Part shown: piece after piece, positions 14,147 to 22,658 of the stretch
How the letters are laid out: each line of letters begins with the position of its first letter
Position numbering within the stretch: the stretch's first letter is position 1
Source of the DNA: Patescibacteria group bacterium
GTDB taxonomy: Bacteria; Patescibacteriota; Minisyncoccia; Sungbacterales; HO2-52-23
Length of the DNA: 24,924 nt
Assembly (NCBI GenBank): GCA_038063095.1
Contig: JBBTVQ010000095.1
Coordinates: forward strand, 1-24,924
Direction: 5' to 3'
Notes under the pieces: model-generated
Told to the model about the DNA's origin: nothing
Seen by the model: only the letters and a program-made list of their open reading frames with translations
Database searches by the model: none
Made by a program: the position numbers and the translations under genes

Positions 14147-14466
14147 ACTCCGCGCAAAAAATACTCAAAAACATGCGCAAGCGGCGGCTCGCTGATACGA
14201 CGATGCGTATGAGGTTTTCCGAACGGATGAATATGCCAGCCGCCGAGATTGTCAAATCCCGCGACCCGCTTTCCATCGCGCACCAGCGCGTAACTTTTCC
14301 TCGCGTTATGCGCGTTAAAGCGGACTTCTACGAAAGAATCTTCCGACAGGATGATTCGCGTCTTGACATAAAAGGACAGTTCCTCAAGATAAATAACAGG
14401 CGCTTCGGGAAAGAAGCGCTGTCGCTGTTTCTGCATCTCCGCTAAAAACTCCTTCGCGTCAATCAT
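14143..14466 (-). CDS. DUF6516-like His-rich small protein, putative toxin
   Basis: YAL...G.RVAGFDN..GWH.HP....H motif. ATG at 14466 (alternative TTG at 14469). Its stop overlaps the holA ATG. Confidence 0.55.
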   Translation of the reverse strand: MIDAKEFLAEMQKQRQRFFPEAPVIYLEELSFYVKTRIILSEDSFVEVRFNAHNARKSYALVRDGKRVAGFDNLGGWHIHPFGKPHTHRRISEPPLAHVFEYFLRGV

Positions 14467-14755
14467 CAAAGGAATGGATGACGCCCATGATCATACGCTT
14501 ATGATCTTCCAGCGCTTCCCAGTCCATGTAGTCGCCTTCCGTTTCATAGGCATGCTTTTTTACCCGCGCCGCCTTTTTCCACATTCGCTCAAACTCCTGA
14601 AATCCGTGATTGTATTTACCCTCAAAAAGGGCGATTTTTTTATTGACATCCTGCAATTGCAAAAACAGCGCGTCTTTTACAAAACGCTTGAGCGGCTCAT
14701 TGCCGCGCGGCAGAACCGGCGCAATCTTTCTCTCAATGGCTCCAATGGCATTCAT
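14459..14755 (-). CDS. small helical protein, putative antitoxin partner (98 aa)
   Basis: ATG at 14755. Pattern FEGKY...F.EF....E.DY.DWE.L; overlaps the next gene by 8 nt. Confidence 0.6.
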   Translation of the reverse strand: MNAIGAIERKIAPVLPRGNEPLKRFVKDALFLQLQDVNKKIALFEGKYNHGFQEFERMWKKAARVKKHAYETEGDYMDWEALEDHKRMIMGVIHSFDD

Positions 14756-14829
14756 GATCCAATGATACTGCCCTCGCCGCAAACCCGCAAGCCGTCGCCA
14801 ACGGAGGACCTCCTCAACGATACGAGCAC

Positions 14830-14869
14830 AAAAAAACCAGCAGGCCCGTATCACCGGATTTCCTGCTGG
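14830..14869 (-). terminator. intrinsic terminator downstream of the restriction-modification genes
   Basis: Minus strand CCAGCAGG-N17-CCTGCTGG followed by T7. Confidence 0.7.
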
Positions 14870-14879
14870 CCTATAGTCG

Positions 14880-15797
14880 TCATGCGCTGTCTGCGATCAA
14901 AGCGTGAAAACCAGCGGTATTGACCCAAAAATTACGCGGATTCTCCAACAGATACTTCTTGATTTCTTCTTGCTGTGTTTTCAACTTCCCGTCTCCGCGC
15001 GCGTCGCGTAAAAGAACATTTGCGTAAGCGCCGTCTATAAATGCGACATAAGACACATTCTTACTGCTTTCTCGCAAACTGACGATTTCTATCAATTCGG
15101 CAATTTGTTTGTCTTGCGCGCCGCCCGCAGTATTCAGGTGTTTTGCTTCGCAGAGAAATATCGTGGCGCCCGCCTTGATCAGAATATCAAGGTTCTTGTT
15201 CTGCTTCTTTGTTGACAAACGGATGCCCAATTTTCTTCGCACATTCTTTATGCTGAAGGCGCGAGAAAACACCGCCGCACACTTTTCCTCTGCGAAAAAA
15301 TCGTTCCATGTCTTCACTTCTGAAAAACCATTTTCTCCTAAAATACGAAGGAGTTTCTTTTCTCCGCATTTCCCTTTCTTGCGCGCGGAATTTGAATCCA
15401 AAATCGCTTGTATCCATTCTTCTGGCGCATATTCATTGAGTATTCGCTTTTGGAAGTAGCGCTCCGCTATCTTCTCCAATAAAACCGCGTCCTTTCTTGC
15501 ACTATCAACAAAACTATCGCAGGCGTTGATGAAACAAGCAAATTCCGAACAATTGGAAAATTTCTCCAAGATATTCGCCAATGACGAAAAGTACTTTCTG
15601 ATAATCTGCGGTCTTTCGTTCTTATCTCGCAATGTCCGAATGGTGATCAAGATATTTTTGATCTCCTTGGTGCGCGCAATATACTGATCCGCCTGTGGAT
15701 GTTTTTCATCAAAGACATAAAAACCATCCAGCATCCTTTCCGGATTTTTCTGGGAAACTCTAAAATAGTGTTCGTTGTCTTTGATTTTTTTCTTCAT
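14880..15797 (-). CDS. putative type II restriction endonuclease (PD-(D/E)xK)
   Basis: KNLDILIK...IFLCEAKHLNTAGGAQDKQ. Overlaps the upstream methyltransferase by 38 nt. AT-rich. Confidence 0.7.
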   Translation of the reverse strand: MKKKIKDNEHYFRVSQKNPERMLDGFYVFDEKHPQADQYIARTKEIKNILITIRTLRDKNERPQIIRKYFSSLANILEKFSNCSEFACFINACDSFVDSARKDAVLLEKIAERYFQKRILNEYAPEEWIQAILDSNSARKKGKCGEKKLLRILGENGFSEVKTWNDFFAEEKCAAVFSRAFSIKNVRRKLGIRLSTKKQNKNLDILIKAGATIFLCEAKHLNTAGGAQDKQIAELIEIVSLRESSKNVSYVAFIDGAYANVLLRDARGDGKLKTQQEEIKKYLLENPRNFWVNTAGFHALIADSA

Positions 15798-16896
15798 ACA
15801 AGTAATTCAGAAATTTATAGGCCGTGTCAAAAGACATTCTTTTTCTATTGTTGTCTCTGAAATTGGTCAAAAAGAAAGACGAAAACTCTTCCCGCGCTCT
15901 ATCGAGCCCCGTATTGAATTTTTCCATCAGCTCTTTCTGTTGCTCTATAGACACCTCGTTGTCAAAAATCAGATGCGCCATCGTGCGAGAAGTACTTTTC
16001 CCTATCAATCCCATAACGCCATAGTGCCGTATGTCTTCCAGTTGTATCTTTTTCCCATGCTTGCTGTCTATCGCTCTCAAAAATAGCACATTTCTTTCAA
16101 GTATGTTTTTAACATTACCACTCACATAAAGTGTTTTTTTGTCTTTGATGTTTTGGAGCGCAACTTCAATCTTTTGTCCGCCGGGCCGCAGATGATTTTC
16201 AGTAAAACGGAATATCCCCAAACGATTTTCCGCGTTTCGGATTCTTTGGATGAATTCTCCCCCCCACTGCCAGTCAAATCTTTTCTCCAGGGTAAATTGC
16301 ATCCGTCTTTTTTGCGGAAAAATGGTCGCGGAAACTTTATTTTTCCTGTCATTTTTTTTCTTCCTCCGAAAATAAAAGGATATTACATTGTATGTCGTAT
16401 CGTCAAATACTTGTTCGGAGAACACATTGAGTTTGACGATATTAAATTTCTCAAAAAATAGATCCCTGATTTTTGCCGCGTTTTCCGCACAGAGAAAATT
16501 CAACGGAACAATCAGAATCCCCTCGTCGGAGTCAAGCATTGAAAAAATAGAAACCTGATACAAATCCTCGAAACGGGCGTGTATGCCGGAAAAGAATCCT
16601 CTCTTGGTCGCCGTATCGGCTTTATTTTTATGGAGATAGGGCGGATTGGCGCAGACGAACTTGTATTTTTGCGGAGCGTTGATTGAATCACGGTGGAGAA
16701 CCGTTTTTTCGTTGGAATATCGTCTGTCGCAATCAAAGCCCATAACCTTTTTGGCGCCGTTCCGTTTTGCCCACATCATCAAATCGCGCTCGCCCGCGAA
16801 AGGGTCGGCTACTTCTTTGCCCCGCACATATCGCTCAAATCCTTGCAAAATAAAATCTGCGTTGGTGGTAAAGAATTGTCCGAATTGCCGCTTCAT
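15760..16896 (-). CDS. amino (N6-adenine type) DNA methyltransferase, gamma-class motif order
   Basis: Motif X FGQFFT, motif I DPFAGE, motif IV NPPY, then 'LIVPLNF' and 'VFDDTTYNV'; C-terminal putative TRD. AT-rich. Confidence 0.85.
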   Translation of the reverse strand: MKRQFGQFFTTNADFILQGFERYVRGKEVADPFAGERDLMMWAKRNGAKKVMGFDCDRRYSNEKTVLHRDSINAPQKYKFVCANPPYLHKNKADTATKRGFFSGIHARFEDLYQVSIFSMLDSDEGILIVPLNFLCAENAAKIRDLFFEKFNIVKLNVFSEQVFDDTTYNVISFYFRRKKKNDRKNKVSATIFPQKRRMQFTLEKRFDWQWGGEFIQRIRNAENRLGIFRFTENHLRPGGQKIEVALQNIKDKKTLYVSGNVKNILERNVLFLRAIDSKHGKKIQLEDIRHYGVMGLIGKSTSRTMAHLIFDNEVSIEQQKELMEKFNTGLDRAREEFSSFFLTNFRDNNRKRMSFDTAYKFLNYLYEEKNQRQRTLF

Positions 16897-16906
16897 ATTT
16901 TTTATA

Positions 16907-19558
16907 TCATATCACATTCTTCTGTTCTCCCCAATTGGGACCGGCTTTCACATCCACGACCAGGGGTACGGCGAGTACGGCGACGCCTTCCATAAGTTCC
17001 TTAATCTTCGTGCACGCCTGCGCCATCTTCTCCTTTTTTATCTCAAACACCAACTCGTCGTGCACCTGTAGGAGGAGTACCACGTCCTCGGCCAAACCCC
17101 CTTGCTCAATCCAGCGATCCACGGCGATGAGCGCCATCTTGATGATGTCGCCGGTGGCGGTCCCTTGTATAGGCATATTGACCGCCATGCGCTCGGCTTC
17201 CGCCCGCGCCCGCGGATTGGACGAGGCGATCTCCGAGATGTAGCGCCTGCGGCCAAAGAGCGACTCCACGTATCCGCGCGCGCGCGCAAAGTCCTTGGTG
17301 CGTTCAACGAAATCCCGGATACCGGCAAAATCGCGGAAATATTCCTTGATGAACTCCTGCGCTTCATCCCGAGACATCCCAGCTGACTCCGCCAGCGCAT
17401 TCGGCCCCATGCCGTAGAGCACCCCGAAGTTGAGGGTTTTGGCGGCGCGCCGGAGTTCCGGCGTCACCGCATCCAGCGACACGTTATAGATCTCCGCGGC
17501 GGTGAGCGTATGAATGTCCACCCCTTTTCGGAACGCCGCAATCATCTTCTCATCTGCCGCCAGGTGCGCCGCCACGCGCAGTTCAATCTGCGAATAATCA
17601 AACGATGCCAGCATAAATCCTTTTTGCGCGACAAACGCCTTGCGGATCTGGCGCCCGACATCGGACATCACCGGAATGTTTTGAAGATTCGGATTTGCCG
17701 AGGAGAGGCGCCCGGTGACGGTGCCGGCTTGATTGAAAGTCGTATGGAGCCGATTGGTTTTTTTGTCCGCCGCCTCCGGCAACGCTTCAATATAGGTGGA
17801 CTGCAGTTTGGCGAGCTCGCGGTACTTCAAAATGTCGGCCACGATCGGGTGCAGCCGCTTGAGTTTGACGAGTTCGGACTCGCGCGTGGACACGACCCCT
17901 CCTTTGTCGGTCTTGCGAAGCCCCGCCGCGGCAATGCCGAGCTTCTCAAAGAGTATTCGTGAGAGTTGGGACGGCGAGTTGATGTTGAACGGCTCCCCGG
18001 CAGCCGCATGGATCGCCGTGGTCAGCGCTGCGATCTCACCGCCGACTTTTTCACCAAGTGCGGCGAGAAATGCGCGGTCAAGCAAAACGCCGCGCGCCTC
18101 CATGCGGGCAAGAATCGGCGGGAGCGGCATTTCAATGTTCTCAAAAACAAATCGCAGATTACCCTCGTCAAGTTTGCGATTGAGCGCTCGCGCCGCGTCA
18201 AAAAAATGCGGGGGCGCTGCCGCCATATCCCCGAGGTCCTGGTCGCGCGCGCGGCTGACAATCGCCGGGAACGAGAAGTCGCGGCCAAGGGGCAGTACCA
18301 CATACGCGGCCAACAGCAGGTCAAAACGCGCCGAAGGCATGAGCAATCCTGCCTCGCGGAAAAAGTGTGCTATCGCTTTGAAGTCATAAGCAAAAAGTTG
18401 GGAATGCGCCGCAAAAAACTTTTGCGCCGCCGGCTCCCGCAGGAGCGGGGTCGCTATCTGATAGACGGTCTTTGTTTTTTCGCTGACGAGATAGAGCGCT
18501 CCATCGTGGAGGATCATGCCGATGGCTCCGTCTTTTTCCTTGCGCGCCAGCGCGTCCCAGGCGCTCTGCGTTTCTACGCGCGTTGCGACGATCGGTGAAG
18601 GAAATGCGAGCGTCTGGGGAGACGGCGCGTCATCGTGTTTACTTTTTGCGGATTTTGCAGAGGCGGGACGCGCCGGCGCGTCACCGCGGTCAAGGCGCCG
18701 GAGCAAACTCATAAACCCGAACCGCGTGAGGAGCATACGGATCTCGCCGTTGCCGTCCACCCCGCGCCATGCGAGGTCTTTGAGAGAAAAGTCAATCGGC
18801 ACATCAGTGCGGATCGTGGCGAGCTCGCGCGAGAGGTACGCGTCTTCTTCTCCTTCGACAAGGCACTGCGCAACCGCAGGCCGCAGGGACGCGTTCTTCT
18901 TTTTCAGCGCTTTGTACATCGTGTCCATGGATCCGAACCGCACGATGAGGTCCGTGGCGGTCTTCTCGCCGATGCCGCGCACGCCCGCGATGTTGTCCGA
19001 GGGGTCGCCTTTGAGCCCCTTGTAATCCGCCATCCGTTCCGGAGGAAAGCCGTAGCGCTCTTTCACCGCCGCGGCGTCATAGATCACGGTGTCGGAGATG
19101 CCCTTGCGCATGGCGTAGACCTTCACGCGCGGCCCTACCAGCTGTAAGGCATCCATGTCGCCTGTGACGATGATCGTCTCTATGCCTTTTTCTTTTTTCA
19201 CGCGGCGTACCAGCGTGCCCACGATGTCGTCCGCTTCATACCCTTCTTTCAGAAACACGGGAATGTGGAATGCTTCCAGCGCCTCGCGCACCCGCCCGAA
19301 TTGGCTTGCCAGGTCGCTCGGGGTCTCCGGCCGCTGTGCTTTGTAGCGCTCGTATGCCATGTGCCGGAACGTGGGCCCGGGCAGGTCAAATGCCGCCGCG
19401 ATGTAGTCGGGCTTGAGTTCCTTCAAAATCCGCATGAGGATGGACGTAAATCCGTAGACCGCGTGGAGCGGCTCCCCGCCCGGGCCCGTCAGCACCGGCA
19501 GCGCGTGGTACGCGCGGTGGATGATGGCGTGCGAATCAAGGAGGATGAGTTTTTTCAT
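16907..19558 (-). CDS. polA: DNA polymerase I
   Basis: 5'-3' exonuclease domain (LLDSHAIIHRAYHA, YEADD, TGD.D, GD.SDNI.GV.GIG). Polymerase motifs DYSQIELR, RR.AK.LNFG..YG and QVHDEL. Confidence 0.98.
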   Translation of the reverse strand: MKKLILLDSHAIIHRAYHALPVLTGPGGEPLHAVYGFTSILMRILKELKPDYIAAAFDLPGPTFRHMAYERYKAQRPETPSDLASQFGRVREALEAFHIPVFLKEGYEADDIVGTLVRRVKKEKGIETIIVTGDMDALQLVGPRVKVYAMRKGISDTVIYDAAAVKERYGFPPERMADYKGLKGDPSDNIAGVRGIGEKTATDLIVRFGSMDTMYKALKKKNASLRPAVAQCLVEGEEDAYLSRELATIRTDVPIDFSLKDLAWRGVDGNGEIRMLLTRFGFMSLLRRLDRGDAPARPASAKSAKSKHDDAPSPQTLAFPSPIVATRVETQSAWDALARKEKDGAIGMILHDGALYLVSEKTKTVYQIATPLLREPAAQKFFAAHSQLFAYDFKAIAHFFREAGLLMPSARFDLLLAAYVVLPLGRDFSFPAIVSRARDQDLGDMAAAPPHFFDAARALNRKLDEGNLRFVFENIEMPLPPILARMEARGVLLDRAFLAALGEKVGGEIAALTTAIHAAAGEPFNINSPSQLSRILFEKLGIAAAGLRKTDKGGVVSTRESELVKLKRLHPIVADILKYRELAKLQSTYIEALPEAADKKTNRLHTTFNQAGTVTGRLSSANPNLQNIPVMSDVGRQIRKAFVAQKGFMLASFDYSQIELRVAAHLAADEKMIAAFRKGVDIHTLTAAEIYNVSLDAVTPELRRAAKTLNFGVLYGMGPNALAESAGMSRDEAQEFIKEYFRDFAGIRDFVERTKDFARARGYVESLFGRRRYISEIASSNPRARAEAERMAVNMPIQGTATGDIIKMALIAVDRWIEQGGLAEDVVLLLQVHDELVFEIKKEKMAQACTKIKELMEGVAVLAVPLVVDVKAGPNWGEQKNVI

Positions 19559-20919
19559 TGCCAGAAAGACATTTGTTCTGAGGTACGCACCGCCGCCTGT
19601 TCCACCTCACGCTGGGCTTCAGGGAGAAATTTCAACGGCTCGTAATCTTTGGTAAGGCCCCAATAACGCCTATTCCCGACTTTTTCTTTCTCCTCAATGA
19701 TATTCGCCTCTTTGAAAGGTCTGAGATATTGGGAGACGTTACTCTCCTGTTTGTCCAGGGCCTGCGCAATTTCTGTCTGACTGATATATCTCCCCGATGT
19801 AATAAGGTGGAGAAAAATTTTCTTTTTTCCGGGAGTTAGCCCGACATCCTCCACTTTACGCCATCGCGCGCGTCCCAATAAAAGTCTCGCTTCTGGTACT
19901 GATAACGGCGCCGATATTTTATCGGACCATTCGGTGAGGATATCTCTTACAGACGCCATGATCGAGCGGATATCTCCATCATAGAGATCATGGAGCTGAT
20001 AAATCACCTCATCCTCCACCGGTTTGATATAATCCCGTACGACATCTGATTTAAGGAATCCCATCCGCTCGTCAAAAGCATCGATGATTTCACTCTTACT
20101 CAAGGGGTCGATAAAGAGCGGCGTAGATACAAAAATGCTTTTTACTCTCTCGTGGACGCCGATGACATCTCGGAAAAAACCTCTTGGTCCCAAAAAGAAG
20201 AAGTATACAAAACGCGTTTGTAAGAAATCACGCATTTCCATAAAGAACTGACGCGTCCGTTTATTTCGGTTCTCATCGCCAAGCACTACATCAAAATTGT
20301 TCACATGCACGATAAGTCCTTCGTAGTTTTTTCCATCTATGGTCGTCGTACGGATAAAATCGAGGAGTGATGAAAAGTATCCCTCCAAAGTCGTCAGTGG
20401 CATCTCCAAAGGTTGCGATCGCACCTTTTCCCTGTCTAATTGCACTCCCAGTCCGTAGCCGGATATCTCACCCGAAATCCCTCCGGAAATCCTCAACGTC
20501 TGGCTTATATCAACAATGTATTGAAGTCGCTGTAAAATATCATGCTTCAGCAACTCCGGGGCAAGCAACTGTAGTTCCCTCAAAACGGCGCCTATAAGAG
20601 ACAGGAGAAAACTTCGTTTGTCGAGAAGTTCGTCTGACATCTCTATTTCCCGCCGGAACGAAAAAAGAAGCTTCCTTCGGTGCTTATACTTCCAGAAAAA
20701 CTTGTGAAAATTAATCAAACTCGTCTTTCCGACACCCACATTTCCGCAGATCACCGCACATAATCTGTCGGATGATTCACATAATCCATTCAGACGACCG
20801 CGTTCCCGCTCTCTCCCGATAAAGGCCTTTTCTATCGGCAAGTCGCCTCCTTCTACGAGGGGTAAAGAATCATAGGGGTCTTTTTTCAGACCAAATTGTT
20901 GCCAGTTGATACTTTCCAT
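19555..20919 (-). CDS. AAA+/STAND-like ATPase with C-terminal winged helix-turn-helix
   Basis: FIGRERE, Walker A GNVGVGKTS, atypical Walker B IVHVNNFD, 'YDGDIRSIM', HTH ISQTEIAQALDKQESNVSQYL. AT-richer. Its stop overlaps the polA ATG. Confidence 0.75.
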   Translation of the reverse strand: MESINWQQFGLKKDPYDSLPLVEGGDLPIEKAFIGRERERGRLNGLCESSDRLCAVICGNVGVGKTSLINFHKFFWKYKHRRKLLFSFRREIEMSDELLDKRSFLLSLIGAVLRELQLLAPELLKHDILQRLQYIVDISQTLRISGGISGEISGYGLGVQLDREKVRSQPLEMPLTTLEGYFSSLLDFIRTTTIDGKNYEGLIVHVNNFDVVLGDENRNKRTRQFFMEMRDFLQTRFVYFFFLGPRGFFRDVIGVHERVKSIFVSTPLFIDPLSKSEIIDAFDERMGFLKSDVVRDYIKPVEDEVIYQLHDLYDGDIRSIMASVRDILTEWSDKISAPLSVPEARLLLGRARWRKVEDVGLTPGKKKIFLHLITSGRYISQTEIAQALDKQESNVSQYLRPFKEANIIEEKEKVGNRRYWGLTKDYEPLKFLPEAQREVEQAAVRTSEQMSFWQ

Positions 20920-21085
20920 AGAGGGTATAAAAAATTATAATTATAAAAGAATTTAGAGACCTTTATATGGACTATAGTGGCTTATATAAAGACAATATAA
21001 CCAATTGTCGTTCTTTGCAATGGGGGATTTTTTTCTTATAACTACTATAGGACTGAACGCCCCCCCCGTGTTTGGTAATACACGA

Positions 21086-21529
21086 TCAGAGGATTATAGT
21101 TCGTCCATATGACTTCTCCGTATGGGTGAATTGGATGTGAATCGCATCGCGGGGGAGGATCTTCTTGATGCGCTCTGCCCATTCTATGAGGATAACGGCA
21201 TTGGGATCTTTGAGCATCTCCTTGAATCCGAGATGTACCAGGTCTCGGTGGGATGCGAGGCGATAGCAGTCAACATGAATGAGATGACGGAAATTCTGCT
21301 TTTTCAACGGATATATTTTCATCAGCACGAACGTGGGACTTTTGACTTTTTCTTTCACGCCGAGTGCGTGCGCAAACCCCTGTACAAACGTGGTCTTGCC
21401 AGCGCCCAGTTCCCCCTGGAGCGCCAGAACCCGCGCGCCCCGGCCGCGGGGCGCGCGGACGATTTCCTTCGCAAACAGATGCGCCACGCGCCGCGTCTCG
21501 TGAGTAGAGCGCGTCTCAATCACCGTCAT
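21086..21529 (-). CDS. tsaE: tRNA threonylcarbamoyladenosine biosynthesis ATPase TsaE
   Basis: LQGELGAGKTTFVQG, SPTF.L, H.D.YRL, IEWAE. Start taken as ATG at 21529; the longer ORF to 21703 runs through hairpins. Confidence 0.95.
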   Translation of the reverse strand: MTVIETRSTHETRRVAHLFAKEIVRAPRGRGARVLALQGELGAGKTTFVQGFAHALGVKEKVKSPTFVLMKIYPLKKQNFRHLIHVDCYRLASHRDLVHLGFKEMLKDPNAVILIEWAERIKKILPRDAIHIQFTHTEKSYGRTIIL

Positions 21530-21588
21530 ACCCGTACTGTACCTTATTTTGCATGGAAGTGTGAGCGTTCGCTCTTTTTCAACACTTA

Positions 21589-21623
21589 TTTCAACATCCC
21601 GATCGGAATGGATGTTGAAATGA
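21589..21623. repeat. REP-like palindrome, second copy of the CCGATCGG family
   Basis: TTTCAACATCC-cgatcggaat-GGATGTTGAAA-tga, with 11-bp perfect arms. Confidence 0.7.
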
Positions 21624-21650
21624 AAAATCAAGGGTCCGCCCGCGCCCAAG

Positions 21651-21689
21651 AAAAAGCCCGCGAGTTTCGTGAAGACGAAACTCGCGGGC
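21651..21689 (-). terminator. intrinsic terminator
   Basis: 15-bp perfect stem GCCCGCGAGTTTCGT-cttc-ACGAAACTCGCGGGC followed by T5 on the minus strand, 8 nt after the 21697 stop. Confidence 0.75.
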
Positions 21690-21696
21690 GTACTGC

Positions 21697-22461
21697 TCAC
21701 CATCTGCGGCAGTCATAGCGCATGTCCCATGCGCCTTTTTTCGTCATCCTGCCGCTTGCGCCGTAGCCGCACAGGGTCCGGCCGTACGGCGCGGCATAAG
21801 GGTAAGACGCGGAAGGCGCGTCATAATAATACCCGCTCCTTCCTGCGCGGCAGACGGAACGCACTGCTCCTTCAGTGGCCGCCTGTAATGCCGCCTGTCT
21901 GCTGGCGCGGATGCGGACTCCTGCCCGCACCGGGCTGGACGATCTTCCGTCTGCCGAATAGTTCCCATAGCCGATGTCTTCAGCAATAAGAGTTTGATCC
22001 GCGGCGCGCACTATGCGTGTCTCCACGCGCACCGTGACATACTCATGATAGGCGCCGAGGCGGTCTTGATACCAAGACGGCTCCTCGGCAACTGCCACAT
22101 CCAAACGGAACTGGTGCGGCGGGGATGTCCGCACCCCGGAGTCCGCAAATGCGACTCCCGCGACCCGAAACCCGCATGAGTCGAGCGCCCCTTGAACGGC
22201 GCGCGCCGCATCATACATTTCCGCAGTCCTATTATTGTGGAAAAAAATCCACATGAGGGGATGTGCCCGCGCAGGAACTGATCCGGCCGGATCGCTGTAA
22301 ATCTCGGCGCGATACCCTCCACTGGTTGCCACGCATCCGGTCAGCGCCAGCAATACAAGAACCACCATGAGAAGAACCGGCACAATCAACCATCTCACAA
22401 ATACCAGCCACAGCACCAACGCCGATAACTCTTTTTGCGCCCACGGTGTCATCCGCACCAT
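21697..22461 (-). CDS. hypothetical exported protein, possible lipoprotein
   Basis: SD GGAGG before ATG at 22461. Long hydrophobic N-terminus ending in lipobox-like LTGC; Tyr-rich tail. Confidence 0.6.
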   Translation of the reverse strand: MVRMTPWAQKELSALVLWLVFVRWLIVPVLLMVVLVLLALTGCVATSGGYRAEIYSDPAGSVPARAHPLMWIFFHNNRTAEMYDAARAVQGALDSCGFRVAGVAFADSGVRTSPPHQFRLDVAVAEEPSWYQDRLGAYHEYVTVRVETRIVRAADQTLIAEDIGYGNYSADGRSSSPVRAGVRIRASRQAALQAATEGAVRSVCRAGRSGYYYDAPSASYPYAAPYGRTLCGYGASGRMTKKGAWDMRYDCRRW

Positions 22462-22658
22462 CTTTTCCCTCCCTTTGGTTTTTGGCCGCTGCCGCAACCG
22501 TAATCATAAAAAGACCTGTCCGCCTAGACAAACATTATACATCAACTCCGATAAAAAATCAAGCTTTGCGGTTTGGAAGTCCACGCCGCTCCGCGGGGTG
22601 GAAAGTTTTCCACATGGCGCATTGACAAACCACGGCAGTGCGCTACGAATGAAACACT

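Noticed and set aside
14837-14869. Riboswitch-like reading of the GGAAATCCGGTG-containing hairpin
   Set aside because: Far too short for a cobalamin or other riboswitch core; stem plus T7 right after a stop codon fits a terminator.
21530-21703. 58-aa N-terminal extension of TsaE in the ORF track (likewise extensions of rpsT, the 14755 gene and the 4584 gene)
   Set aside because: The TsaE extension runs through a terminator and a palindrome; in each case the downstream ATG gives the more plausible protein start.
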